DNA from: Eledone cirrhosa
Taxonomy: Eukaryota
Length of the DNA stretch: 64,000 nucleotides
Reading direction: 5' to 3'
Assembly (NCBI GenBank): GCA_964016885.1
Contig: OZ024742.1
Coordinates: 162,874,001 to 162,938,000, forward strand
The notes below the pieces were generated by a model. The model did no database searches, had not been told where the DNA came from, and worked only from the letters and a program-made list of their open reading frames with translations. Below, one piece after another: positions 12,231 through 25,448 of the stretch; the first letter of the stretch is position 1, and each line of letters opens with the position of its first letter. The translations under genes were made by a program, and so were the position numbers.

Positions 12231-15200
12231 CAAATTATCTCCCCTTGGCTGGCTGGAAATTATCTCCCCTTGGAGGCTGGAATTTATCTCCCCTTGGACG
12301 GCTAGAAATTACCTCTCCTTGGACGGCTGGAAAATATGTCTCCTTGGACGGCTGGATATTATCTACCCTTGGACGGCTGGAAATTATATCCCCTTGGACG
12401 GCTGGAAATTATCTCCCCTTGGACGGCTGGAAATTATCTCCCCTTGGACGGCTGGAAATTATCTCCCCTTGGACGGCTAGATATTACCTCCCCTTGGACG
12501 GCTGGAAATTATCTCCCCTTGATTTTTTTTACAAATTATCTCCCCCTGATTTTTTTTTACAAATTATCTCCCCCTGATTTTTTTTTACGAATCATCTCCC
12601 CCTGATTTTTTTTTAGAAATTATCTCCGCCTGATTTTTTTTTAAAAATTATCTCCCCTTGGACGGCTAGAAATTACCTCTCCTTGGACGGCTGAAAATTA
12701 TCTCCCCTTGGACGGCTGCAAATTATCTCCCCTTGATTTTTTAACAAATTATCTCCCCCTGATTTTTTTTTACAAATTATCTCCCCCTGATTTTTTTTTA
12801 CAAATTATCTACGCCTAATTTTTTTTACAAATTATCTCCCCCTGATTTTTTTTTACAAATTATCTCCCCCTGATTTTTTTTACAAATTATCTCCCCCTGA
12901 TTTTTTTTTACAAATTATCCCCCTGATTTTTTTACAAATTATCTCCCCTCTGATTTTTTTTACAATCTCCGCCTGATTTTTTAAAAAATTATCTTCCCTT
13001 GGCTGGCGGGAAATTATCTCCCCTTGGACGGCTGGAAATTATATCCCCTTGGACGGCTGGAAATTACCTCCCCTTGGACAGCTGGAAATTATCTGCCCTT
13101 GATTTTGTTTTTACAAATTATCTCCCCCTGATTTTTTTTACAAATTATCTCCACCTGATTTTTTAAAAAATTATCTCCCTTTGGACGGCTGGAAATTATC
13201 TCCCCTTGATTTTTTTACAAATTATCTCCCCCTGATTTTTTTTACAAATTATCTCCCCCTGATTTTTTTACAAATTATCTCCCCCTGATTTTTTTTACAA
13301 ATTATCTCCGCCTGATTTTTTTAAATATTATCTTCTCTTGGCTGGCGGGAAATTATCTCCCCTTGGACGGCTGAAAATTATCTCCCCTTGGACGGCTGGA
13401 AATTATCTCCCCTTGATTTTTTTTACAAATTATCTCCCCCTGATTTTTTTTTACAAATTATCTCCCCCTGATTTTTTTTTACAAATTATCTCCCCCTGAT
13501 TTTTTTTTACAAATTATCTCCCCCTGATTTTTTTACAAATTATCTCCCCCTGATTTTTTTACAAATTATCTCCCCTTAGCTGGCTGGAAATTATCTCCCC
13601 TTGGAGGCTGGAATTTATCTCCCCTTGGACGGCTAGAAATTACCTCTCCTTGGACGGCTGGAAAATATGTCCTTGGACGGCTGGATATTATCTACCCTTG
13701 GACGGCTGGAAATTATCTCCACTTGGACGGCTGGAAATTATCTCCCCTTGGACGGCTAGATATTAGCTCCCCTAGGACGGCTGGAAATTATCTCCCCTTG
13801 ATTTTTTTTACAAATTATCTCCCCCTGATTTTTTTTTACAAATTATCACCCCCTGATTTTTTTTTACAAATTATCTACCCCTGATTTTTTTTTACAAATT
13901 ATCTCCCCCTGATTTTTTTTACAAATTATCTCTCCCTGATTTTTTTTTACAAATTATCTCCCCCTGATTTTTTTTTACAAATTATCTACCCCTGATTTTT
14001 TTTTACAAATTATCTCCCCCTGATTTTTTTTACAAATTATCTCCCCCTGATTTTTTTTACAAATTATCTCCCCCTGATTTTTTTACAAATTATCTCCCCC
14101 CGATTTTTTTTACAAATTATCTCCGCCTAATTTTTTTAAATATTATCTTCCCTTGGCTGGCGGGAAATTATCTCCCCTTGGACGGCTGAAAATTATCTCC
14201 CCTTGGACGGCTGGAAATTATCTCCCCTTGATTTTTTTACAAATTATCTCCCCCTGATTATTTTTTACAAATTATCTCCCCCTGATTTTTTTTTACAAAT
14301 TATCTCCCTCTGATTTTTTTTACAAATTATCTCCCCTTGGCTGGCTGGAAATTATCTCCCCTTGGAGGCTGGAATTTATCTCCCCTTGGACGGTTAGAAA
14401 TTACCTCTCCTTGGACTGCTGGAAAATATGTCTCCTTGGACGGCTGGAAATTATCTCCCCTTGGACGGCTGGAAATTATCTCCCCTTGGACAGCTGGAAA
14501 TTATCTCTCCTCGGACGACTAGAAATTACCTCTCCTTGGACAGCTGAAAATTATCTCCCCTTGGACGGCTGGAAATTATCTCCCCTTGATTTTTTTTACA
14601 AATTATCTCCCCCTGATTTTTTTTACAAATTATCTCCCCCTAATTTTTTTTTACAAATTATCTCCCCCTGATTTTTTTTACAAATTATCTCCCCCTGATA
14701 TTTTTTACAAATTATCTCCCCCTGATTTTTTTACAAATTATCTCCCCTTGGCTGGCTGGAAATTATCTCCCCTTGGAGGCTGGAATTTATCTCCCCTTGG
14801 ACGGCTAGAAATTACCTCGCCTTGGACGGCTGGAAAATATGTCTCCTTGGACGGCTGGAAATTATCTCCCCTTGGACGGCTGGAAATTATCTCCCCTTGG
14901 ACGGCTGGAAATTATCTCCCCTTGGACGGCTAGATATTACCTCCCCTTGGACGGCTGGAAATTATCTCCCCTTGATTTTTTTTACAATTTATCTCCCCCT
15001 AATTTTTTTTTACAAATTATCTCCCCCTGATTTTTTTTTACGAATTATCTCACCCTGATTTTTTTTTACAAATTATCTCCGCCTGATTTTTTTTTAAAAA
15101 TTATCTCCCCTTGAACGGCTGGAAATTATCTCCCCTTGGACGGCTGGAAATTATCTCCCCTTGGACGGCTAGAAATTACCTCTCCTTGGACGGCTGAAAA

Positions 15201-17460
15201 TTATCTCCCCTTGGACGGCTGCAAATTATCTCCCCTTGATTTTTTAACAAATTATCTCCCCCTGATTTTTTTTTACAAATTATCTCCCCCTGATTTTTTT
15301 TTACAAATTATCTACGCCTAATTTTTTTTACTAATTATCTCCCCCTGATTTTTTTTTACAAATTATCTCCCCCTGATTTTTTTTACAAATTATCTCCCCC
15401 TGATTTTTTTTTACAAATTATTTCCCCCTGATTTTTTTACAAATTATCTCCACCCTGATTTTTTTTACAATCTCCGCCTGATTTTTTAAAAAATTATCTT
15501 CCCTTGGCTGGCGGGAAATTATCTCCCCTTGGACGGCTGGAAATTATATCCCCTTGGAAGGATGGAAATTATCTCCCCTTGGACGGCTGGAAATTATCTC
15601 CCCTTGGACGGCTGGAAATTATCTCCCCTTGGACAGCTGGAAATTATCTGCCCTTGATTTTGTTTTTACAAATTATCTACCCCTGATTTTTTTTACAAAT
15701 TATCTCCACCTGATTTTTAAAAAAATTATCTTCCCTTGGACGGCTGGAAATTATCTCCCCTTGGACGGCTGAAAATTATCTCCCCTTGGACGGCTGGAAA
15801 TTATCTCCCCTTGATTTTTTTTACAAATTATCTCCCCCTGATTTTTTTTTACAAATTATCTCCCCCTGATTTTTTTTTACAAATTATCTCCCCCTGATTT
15901 TTTTTTACAAATTATCTCACCCTGATTTTTTTTACAAATTATCTCCCCCTGATTTTTTTACAAATTATCTCCCCTTGGCTGGCTGGAAATTATCTCCCCT
16001 TGGAGGCTGGAATTTATCTCCCCTTGGACGGCTAGAAATTACCTCTCCTTGGAAGGCTGGAAAATATGTCTCCTTGGACGGCTGGATATTATCTACCCTT
16101 GGACGGCTGGAAATTATCTCCCCTTGGACGGCTGGAAATTATCTCCCCTTGGACGGCTAGATATTACCTCCCCTTGGACGGCTGGAAATTATCTCCCCCT
16201 GATTTTTTTACAAATTATCTCCCCCTGATTTTTTTTACAAATTATCTCCGCCTAATTTTTTTAAATATTATCTTCCCTTGGCTGGCGGGAAATTATCTCC
16301 CCTTGGACGTCTGAAAATTATCTCCCCTTGGACGGCTGGAAATTATCTCCCCTTGATTTTTTTTTACAAATTATCTCCCCCTGATTTTTTTTTACAAATT
16401 ATCTCCCCCTGATTTTTTTTACAAATTATCTCCACCTGATTTTTTAAAAAATTATCTCCCCTTGGACGGCTGGAAATTATCTCCCCTTGATTTTTTTACA
16501 AATTATCTCCCCCTGATTTTTTTTACAAATTATCTCCCCCTGATTTTTTTTTACGAATTATCTCCCCCTGATTTTTTTTTATAAATTATCTCCGCCTGAT
16601 TTTTTTTTAAAAATTATCTCCCCTTGAACGGCTGGAAATTATCTCCCCTTGGACGGCTGGAAATTATCTCCCCTTGGACGGCTAGAAATTACCTCTCCTT
16701 GGACGGCTGAAAATTATCTCCCCTTGGACGGCTGCAAATTATCTCCCCTTGATTTTTTAACAAATTATCTCCCCCTGATTTTTTTTTACAAATTATCTCC
16801 CCCTGATTTTTTTTTACAAATTATCTACGCCTAATTTTTTTTACAAATTATCTCCCCCTGATTTTTTTTTACAAATTATCTCCCCCTGATTTTTTTTACA
16901 AATTATCTCCCCCTGATTTTTTTTTACAAATTATTTCCCCCTGATTTTTTTATAAATTATCTCCCCCCTGATTTTTTTTACAATCTCCGCCTGATTTTTT
17001 TAAAAATTATCTTCCCTTGGCTGGCGGGAAATTATCTCCCCTTGGACGGCTGGAAATTATATCCCCTTGGACGGCTGGAAATTACCTCCCCTTGGACAGC
17101 TGGAAATTATCTGCCCTTGATTTTGTTTTTACAAATTATCTCCCCCTGATTTTTTTTACAAATTATCTCCACCTGATTTTTTAAAAAATTATCTCCCCTT
17201 GGACGGCTGGAAATTATCTCCCCTTGATTTTTTTACAAATTATCTCCCCCTGATTTTTTTTACAAATTATCTCCCCCTGATTTTTTTTTTACAAATTATC
17301 TCCCCCTGATTTTTTTACAAATTATCTCCCCCTGATTTTTTTTATAAATTATCTCCGCCTGATTTTTTTAAATATTATCTTCCCTTGGCTGGCGGGAAAT
17401 TATCTCCCCTTGGACGGCTGAAAATTATCTCCCCTTGGACGGCTGGAAATTATCTCCCCT
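12231..17460 (+). repeat. Near-identical copy of 1-~5200 (offset 12230, then 12256 after one extra 26-bp unit at ~16430)
   Basis: ORF pairs 15/12245, 2107/14337, 3745/15975 and 4393/16649. Rare variants CGAATCATC (358/12588) and CCCTAGGACGG (~1540/~13770) are shared. Confidence 0.95.
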
Positions 17461-20400
17461 TGATTTTTTTTACAAATTATCTCCCCCTGATTTTTTTTTA
17501 CAAATTATCTCCCCCTGATTTTTTTTTACAAATTATCTCCCCCTGATTTTTTTTTACAAATTATCTGCCCCTGATTTTTTTTACAAATTATCTCCCCCTG
17601 ATTTTTTTACAAATTATCTCCCCTTGGCTGGCTGGAAATTATCTCCCCTTGGAGGCTGGAATTTATCTCCCCTTGGACGGCTAGAAATTACCTCGCCTTG
17701 GACGGCTGGAAAATATTTCTCCTTGGACGGCTGGATATTATCTACCCTTGGACGGGTGGAAATTATCTCCCCTTGGACGGCTGGAAATTATCTCCCCTTG
17801 GACGGCTAGATATTACCTCCCCTTGGACGGCTGGAAATTATCTCCCCTTGATTTTTTTTACAAATTATCTCCCCCTGATTTTTTTTTTACAAATTATCTC
17901 CTCCTGATTTATTTACAAATTATCTCCCCCTGATTTTTTTTACAAATTATCTCCGCCTGATTTTTTTAAATATTATCTTCTCTTGGCTGGCGGGAAATTA
18001 TCTCCCCTTGGACGGCTGAAAATTATCTCCCCTTGGACGGCTGGAAATTATCTCCCCTTGATTTTTTTTACAAATTATCTCCCCCTGATTTTTTTTTACA
18101 AATTATCTCCCCCTGATTTTTTTTTACAAATTATCTCCCCCTGATTTTTTTTTACAAATTATCTCCCCTTGATTTTTTTACAAATTATCTCCCCTTAGCT
18201 GGCTGGAAATTATCTCCCCTTGGAGGCTGGAATTTAGCTCCCCTTGGACGGCTAGAAATTACCTCTCCTTGGACGGCTGGAAAATATGTCCTTGGACGGC
18301 TGGATATTATCTACCCTTGGACGGCTGGAAATTATCTCCCTTTGGACGGCTGGAAATTATCTCCCCTTGGACGGCTAGATATTACCTCCCCTTGGACGGC
18401 TGGAAATTATCTCCCCTTGATTTTTTTACAAATTATCTCCCCCTGATTTTTTTACAAATTATCTCCCCCTGATTTTTTTTACAAATTATCTCCGCCTAAT
18501 TTTTTTAAATATTATCTTCCCTTGGCTGGCGGGAAATTATCTCCCCTTGGACGGCTGAAAATTATCTCCCCTTGGACGGCTGGAAATTATCTCCCCTTGA
18601 TTTTTTTTTACAAATTATCTCCCCCTGATTTTTTTTTACAAATTATCTCCCCCTGATTTTTTTTACAAATTATCTCCACCTGATTTTTTAAAAAATTATC
18701 TCCCCTTGGACGGCTGGAAATTATCTCCCCTTGATTTTTTTACAAATTATCTCCCCCTGATTTTTTTTAAAAATTATCTCCCCCTGATTTTTTTTACGAA
18801 TTATCTCCCCCTGATTTTTTTTTATAAATTATCTCCGCCTGATTTTTTTTTAAAAATTATCTCCCCTTGAACGGCTGGAAATTATCTCCCCTTGGACGGC
18901 TGGAAATTATCTCCCCTTGGACGGCTAGAAATTACCTCTCCTTGGACGGCTGAAAATTATCTCCCCTTGGACGGCTGCAAATTATCTCCCCTTGATTTTT
19001 TAACAAATTATCTCCCCCTGATTTTTTTTTACAAATTATCTCCCCCTGATTTTTTTTTACAAATTATCTACGCCTAATTTTTTTTACAAATTATCTCCCC
19101 CTGATTTTTTTTTACAAATTATCTCCCCATGATTTTTTTTACAAATTATCTCCCCCTGATTTTTTTTTACAAATTATTTCCCCCTTATTTTTTTACAAAT
19201 TATCTCCCCCCTGATTTTTTTTACAATCTCCGCCTGATTTTTTTAAAAATTATCTTCCCTTGGCTGGCGGGAAATTATCTCCCCTTGGACGGCTGGAAAT
19301 TATATCCCCTTGGACGGCTGGAAATTACCTCCCCTTGGACAGCTGGAAATTATCTGCCCTTGATTTTGTTTTTACAAATTATCTCCCCCTGATTTTTTTT
19401 ACAAATTATCTCCACCTGATTTTTTAAAAAATTATCTCCCCTTGGACGGCTGGAAATTATCTCCCCTTGGAGGCTGGAATTTATCTCCCCTTGGACGGCT
19501 AGAAATTACCTCTCCTTGGACGGCTGGAAAATATGTCCTTGGACGGCTGGATATTATCTACCCTTGGACGGCTGGAAATTATCTCCACTTGGACGGCTGG
19601 AAATTATCTCCCCTTGGACGGCTAGATATTAGCTCCCCTAGGACGGCTGGAAATTATCTCCCCTTGATTTTTTTTACAAATTATCTCCCCCTGATTTTTT
19701 TTTACAAATTATCACCCCCTGATTTTTTTTTACAAATTATCTACCCCTGATTTTTTTTTACAAATTATCTCCCCCTGATTTTTTTTACAAATTATCTCTC
19801 CCTGATTTTTTTTTACAAATTATCTCCCCCTGATTTTTTTTTACAAATTATCTACCCCTGATTTTTTTTTACAAATTATCTCCCCCTGATTTTTTTTACA
19901 AATTATCTCCCCCTGATTTTTTTTACAAATTATCTCCCCCTGATTTTTTTACAAATTATCTCCCCCCGATTTTTTTTACAAATTATCTCCGCCTAATTTT
20001 TTTAAATATTATCTTCCCTTGGCTGGCGGGAAATTATCTCCCCTTGGACGGCTGAAAATTATCTCCCCTTGGACGGCTGGAAATTATCTCCCCTTGATTT
20101 TTTTACAAATTATCTCCCCCTGATTATTTTTTACAAATTATCTCCCCCTGATTTTTTTTTACAAATTATCTCCCTCTGATTTTTTTTACAAATTATCTCC
20201 CCTTGGCTGGCTGGAAATTATCTCCCCTTGGAGGCTGGAATTTATCTCCCCTTGGACGGTTAGAAATTACCTCTCCTTGGACTGCTGGAAAATATGTCTC
20301 CTTGGACGGCTGGAAATTATCTCCCCTTGGACGGCTGGAAATTATCTCCCCTTGGACAGCTGGAAATTATCTCTCCTCGGACGACTAGAAATTACCTCTC

Positions 20401-23400
20401 CTTGGACAGCTGAAAATTATCTCCCCTTGGACGGCTGGAAATTATCTCCCCTTGATTTTTTTTACAAATTATCTCCCCCTGATTTTTTTTACAAATTATC
20501 TCCCCCTAATTTTTTTTTACAAATTATCTCCCCCTGATTTTTTTTACAAATTATCTCCCCCTGATATTTTTTACAAATTATCTCCCCCTGATTTTTTTAC
20601 AAATTATCTCCCCTTGGCTGGCTGGAAATTATCTCCCCTTGGAGGCTGGAATTTATCTCCCCTTGGACGGCTAGAAATTACCTCGCCTTGGACGGCTGGA
20701 AAATATGTCTCCTTGGACGGCTGGAAATTATCTCCCCTTGGACGGCTGGAAATTATCTCCCCTTGGACGGCTGGAAATTATCTCCCCTTGGACGGCTAGA
20801 TATTACCTCCCCTTGGACGGCTGGAAATTATCTCCCCTTGATTTTTTTTACAATTTATCTCCCCCTAATTTTTTTTTACAAATTATCTCCCCCTGATTTT
20901 TTTTTACGAATTATCTCACCCTGATTTTTTTTTACAAATTATCTCCGCCTGATTTTTTTTTAAAAATTATCTCCCCTTGAACGGCTGGAAATTATCTCCC
21001 CTTGGACGGCTGGAAATTATCTCCCCTTGGACGGCTAGAAATTACCTCTCCTTGGACGGCTGAAAATTATCTCCCCTTGGACGGCTGCAAATTATCTCCC
21101 CTTGATTTTTTAACAAATTATCTCCCCCTGATTTTTTTTTACAAATTATCTCCCCCTGATTTTTTTTTACAAATTATCTACGCCTAATTTTTTTTACTAA
21201 TTATCTCCCCCTGATTTTTTTTTACAAATTATCTCCCCCTGATTTTTTTTACAAATTATCTCCCCCTGATTTTTTTTTACAAATTATTTCCCCCTGATTT
21301 TTTTACAAATTATCTCCACCCTGATTTTTTTTACAATCTCCGCCTGATTTTTTAAAAAATTATCTTCCCTTGGCTGGCGGGAAATTATCTCCCCTTGGAC
21401 GGCTGGAAATTATATCCCCTTGGAAGGATGGAAATTATCTCCCCTTGGACGGCTGGAAATTATCTCCCCTTGGACGGCTGGAAATTATCTCCCCTTGGAC
21501 AGCTGGAAATTATCTGCCCTTGATTTTGTTTTTACAAATTATCTACCCCTGATTTTTTTTACAAATTATCTCCACCTGATTTTTAAAAAAATTATCTTCC
21601 CTTGGACGGCTGGAAATTATCTCCCCTTGGACGGCTGAAAATTATCTCCCCTTGGACGGCTGGAAATTATCTCCCCTTGATTTTTTTTACAAATTATCTC
21701 CCCCTGATTTTTTTTTACAAATTATCTCCCCCTGATTTTTTTTTACAAATTATCTCCCCCTGATTTTTTTTTACAAATTATCTCACCCTGATTTTTTTTA
21801 CAAATTATCTCCCCCTGATTTTTTTACAAATTATCTCCCCTTGGCTGGCTGGAAATTATCTCCCCTTGGAGGCTGGAATTTATCTCCCCTTGGACGGCTA
21901 GAAATTACCTCTCCTTGGAAGGCTGGAAAATATGTCTCCTTGGACGGCTGGATATTATCTACCCTTGGACGGCTGGAAATTATCTCCCCTTGGACGGCTG
22001 GAAATTATCTCCCCTTGGACGGCTAGATATTACCTCCCCTTGGACGGCTGGAAATTATCTCCCCCTGATTTTTTTACAAATTATCTCCCCCTGATTTTTT
22101 TTACAAATTATCTCCGCCTAATTTTTTTAAATATTATCTTCCCTTGGCTGGCGGGAAATTATCTCCCCTTGGACGTCTGAAAATTATCTCCCCTTGGACG
22201 GCTGGAAATTATCTCCCCTTGATTTTTTTTTACAAATTATCTCCCCCTGATTTTTTTTTACAAATTATCTCCCCCTGATTTTTTTTACAAATTATCTCCA
22301 CCTGATTTTTTAAAAAATTATCTCCCCTTGGACGGCTGGAAATTATCTCCCCTTGATTTTTTTACAAATTATCTCCCCCTGATTTTTTTTACAAATTATC
22401 TCCCCCTGATTTTTTTTTACGAATTATCTCCCCCTGATTTTTTTTTATAAATTATCTCCGCCTGATTTTTTTTTAAAAATTATCTCCCCTTGAACGGCTG
22501 GAAATTATCTCCCCTTGGACGGCTGGAAATTATCTCCCCTTGGACGGCTAGAAATTACCTCTCCTTGGACGGCTGAAAATTATCTCCCCTTGGACGGCTG
22601 CAAATTATCTCCCCTTGATTTTTTAACAAATTATCTCCCCCTGATTTTTTTTTACAAATTATCTCCCCCTGATTTTTTTTTACAAATTATCTACGCCTAA
22701 TTTTTTTTACAAATTATCTCCCCCTGATTTTTTTTTACAAATTATCTCCCCCTGATTTTTTTTACAAATTATCTCCCCCTGATTTTTTTTTACAAATTAT
22801 TTCCCCCTGATTTTTTTATAAATTATCTCCCCCCTGATTTTTTTTACAATCTCCGCCTGATTTTTTTAAAAATTATCTTCCCTTGGCTGGCGGGAAATTA
22901 TCTCCCCTTGGACGGCTGGAAATTATATCCCCTTGGACGGCTGGAAATTACCTCCCCTTGGACAGCTGGAAATTATCTGCCCTTGATTTTGTTTTTACAA
23001 ATTATCTCCCCCTGATTTTTTTTACAAATTATCTCCACCTGATTTTTTAAAAAATTATCTCCCCTTGGACGGCTGGAAATTATCTCCCCTTGATTTTTTT
23101 ACAAATTATCTCCCCCTGATTTTTTTTACAAATTATCTCCCCCTGATTTTTTTTTTACAAATTATCTCCCCCTGATTTTTTTACAAATTATCTCCCCCTG
23201 ATTTTTTTTATAAATTATCTCCGCCTGATTTTTTTAAATATTATCTTCCCTTGGCTGGCGGGAAATTATCTCCCCTTGGACGGCTGAAAATTATCTCCCC
23301 TTGGACGGCTGGAAATTATCTCCCCTTGATTTTTTTTACAAATTATCTCCCCCTGATTTTTTTTTACAAATTATCTCCCCCTGATTTTTTTTTACAAATT

Positions 23401-25080
23401 ATCTCCCCCTGATTTTTTTTTACAAATTATCTGCCCCTGATTTTTTTTACAAATTATCTCCCCCTGATTTTTTTACAAATTATCTCCCCTTGGCTGGCTG
23501 GAAATTATCTCCCCTTGGAGGCTGGAATTTATCTCCCCTTGGACGGCTAGAAATTACCTCGCCTTGGACGGCTGGAAAATATTTCTCCTTGGACGGCTGG
23601 ATATTATCTACCCTTGGACGGGTGGAAATTATCTCCCCTTGGACGGCTGGAAATTATCTCCCCTTGGACGGCTAGATATTACCTCCCCTTGGACGGCTGG
23701 AAATTATCTCCCCTTGATTTTTTTTACAAATTATCTCCCCCTGATTTTTTTTTTACAAATTATCTCCTCCTGATTTTTTTACAAATTATCTCCCCCTGAT
23801 TTTTTTTACAAATTATCTCCGCCTGATTTTTTTAAATATTATCTTCTCTTGGCTGGCGGGAAATTATCTCCCCTTGGACGGCTGAAAATTATCTCCCCTT
23901 GGACGGCTGGAAATTATCTCCCCTTGATTTTTTTTACAAATTATCTCCCCCTGATTTTTTTTTACAAATTATCTCCCCCTGATTTTTTTTTACAAATTAT
24001 CTCCCCCTGATTTTTTTTTACAAATTATCTCCCCCTGATTTTTTTTTACAAATTATCTCCCCTTGATTTTTTTACAAATTATCTCCCCCTGATTTTTTTA
24101 CAAATTATCTCCCCCTGATTTTTTTTACAAATTATCTCCGCCTAATTTTTTTAAATATTATCTTCCCTTGGCTGGCGGGAAATTATCTCCCCTTGGACGG
24201 CTGAAAATTATCTCCCCTTGGACGGCTGGAAATTATCTCCCCTTGATTTTTTTTTACAAATTATCTCCCCCTGATTTTTTTTTACAAATTATCTCCCCCT
24301 GATTTTTTTTACAAATTATCTCCACCTGATTTTTTAAAAAATTATCTCCCCTTGGACGGCTGGAAATTATCTCCCCTTGATTTTTTTACAAATTATCTCC
24401 CCCTGATTTTTTTTAAAAATTATCTCCCCCTGATTTTTTTTACGAATTATCTCCCCCTGATTTTTTTTTATAAATTATCTCCGCCTGATTTTTTTTTAAA
24501 AATTATCTCCCCTTGAACGGCTGGAAATTATCTCCCCTTGGACGGCTGGAAATTATCTCCCCTTGGACGGCTAGAAATTACCTCTCCTTGGACGGCTGAA
24601 AATTATCTCCCCTTGGACGGCTGCAAATTATCTCCCCTTGATTTTTTAACAAATTATCTCCCCCTGATTTTTTTTTACAAATTATCTCCCCCTGATTTTT
24701 TTTTACAAATTATCTACGCCTAATTTTTTTTACAAATTATCTCCCCCTGATTTTTTTTTACAAATTATCTCCCCATGATTTTTTTTACAAATTATCTCCC
24801 CCTGATTTTTTTTTACAAATTATTTCCCCCTTATTTTTTTACAAATTATCTCCCCCCTGATTTTTTTTACAATCTCCGCCTGATTTTTTTAAAAATTATC
24901 TTCCCTTGGCTGGCGGGAAATTATCTCCCCTTGGACGGCTGGAAATTATATCCCCTTGGACGGCTGGAAATTACCTCCCCTTGGACAGCTGGAAATTATC
25001 TGCCCTTGATTTTGTTTTTACAAATTATCTCCCCCTGATTTTTTTTACAAATTATCTCCACCTGATTTTTTAAAAAATTA
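13583..25080 (+). repeat. Tandem duplication with a 5866-bp unit (~13583-19448 and ~19449-25080); the offset drops to 5646 after an internal indel
   Basis: ORF pairs 14337/20203, 15975/21841, 17624/23490 (5866) and 18892/24538, 19129/24775 (5646). A C>A variant is shared at 13721/19587. Confidence 0.95.
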
Positions 25081-25448
25081 TCTCCCCTTGGACGGCTGGA
25101 AATTATCTCCCCTTGATTTTTTTACAAATTATCTCCCCCTGATTTTTTTTACAAATTATCTCCCCCTGATTTTTTTTTTACAAATTATCTCCCCCTGATT
25201 TTTTTACAAATTATCTCCCCCTGATTTTTTTTATAAATTATCTCCGCCTGATTTTTTTAAATATTATCTTCCCTTGGCTGGCGGGAAATTATCTCCCCTT
25301 GGACGGCTGAAAATTATCTCCCCTTGGACGGCTGGAAATTATCTCCCCTTGATTTTTTTTACAAATTATCTCCCCCTGATTTTTTTTTACAAATTATCTC
25401 CCCCTGATTTTTTTTTACAAATTATCTCCCCCTGATTTTTTTTTACAA

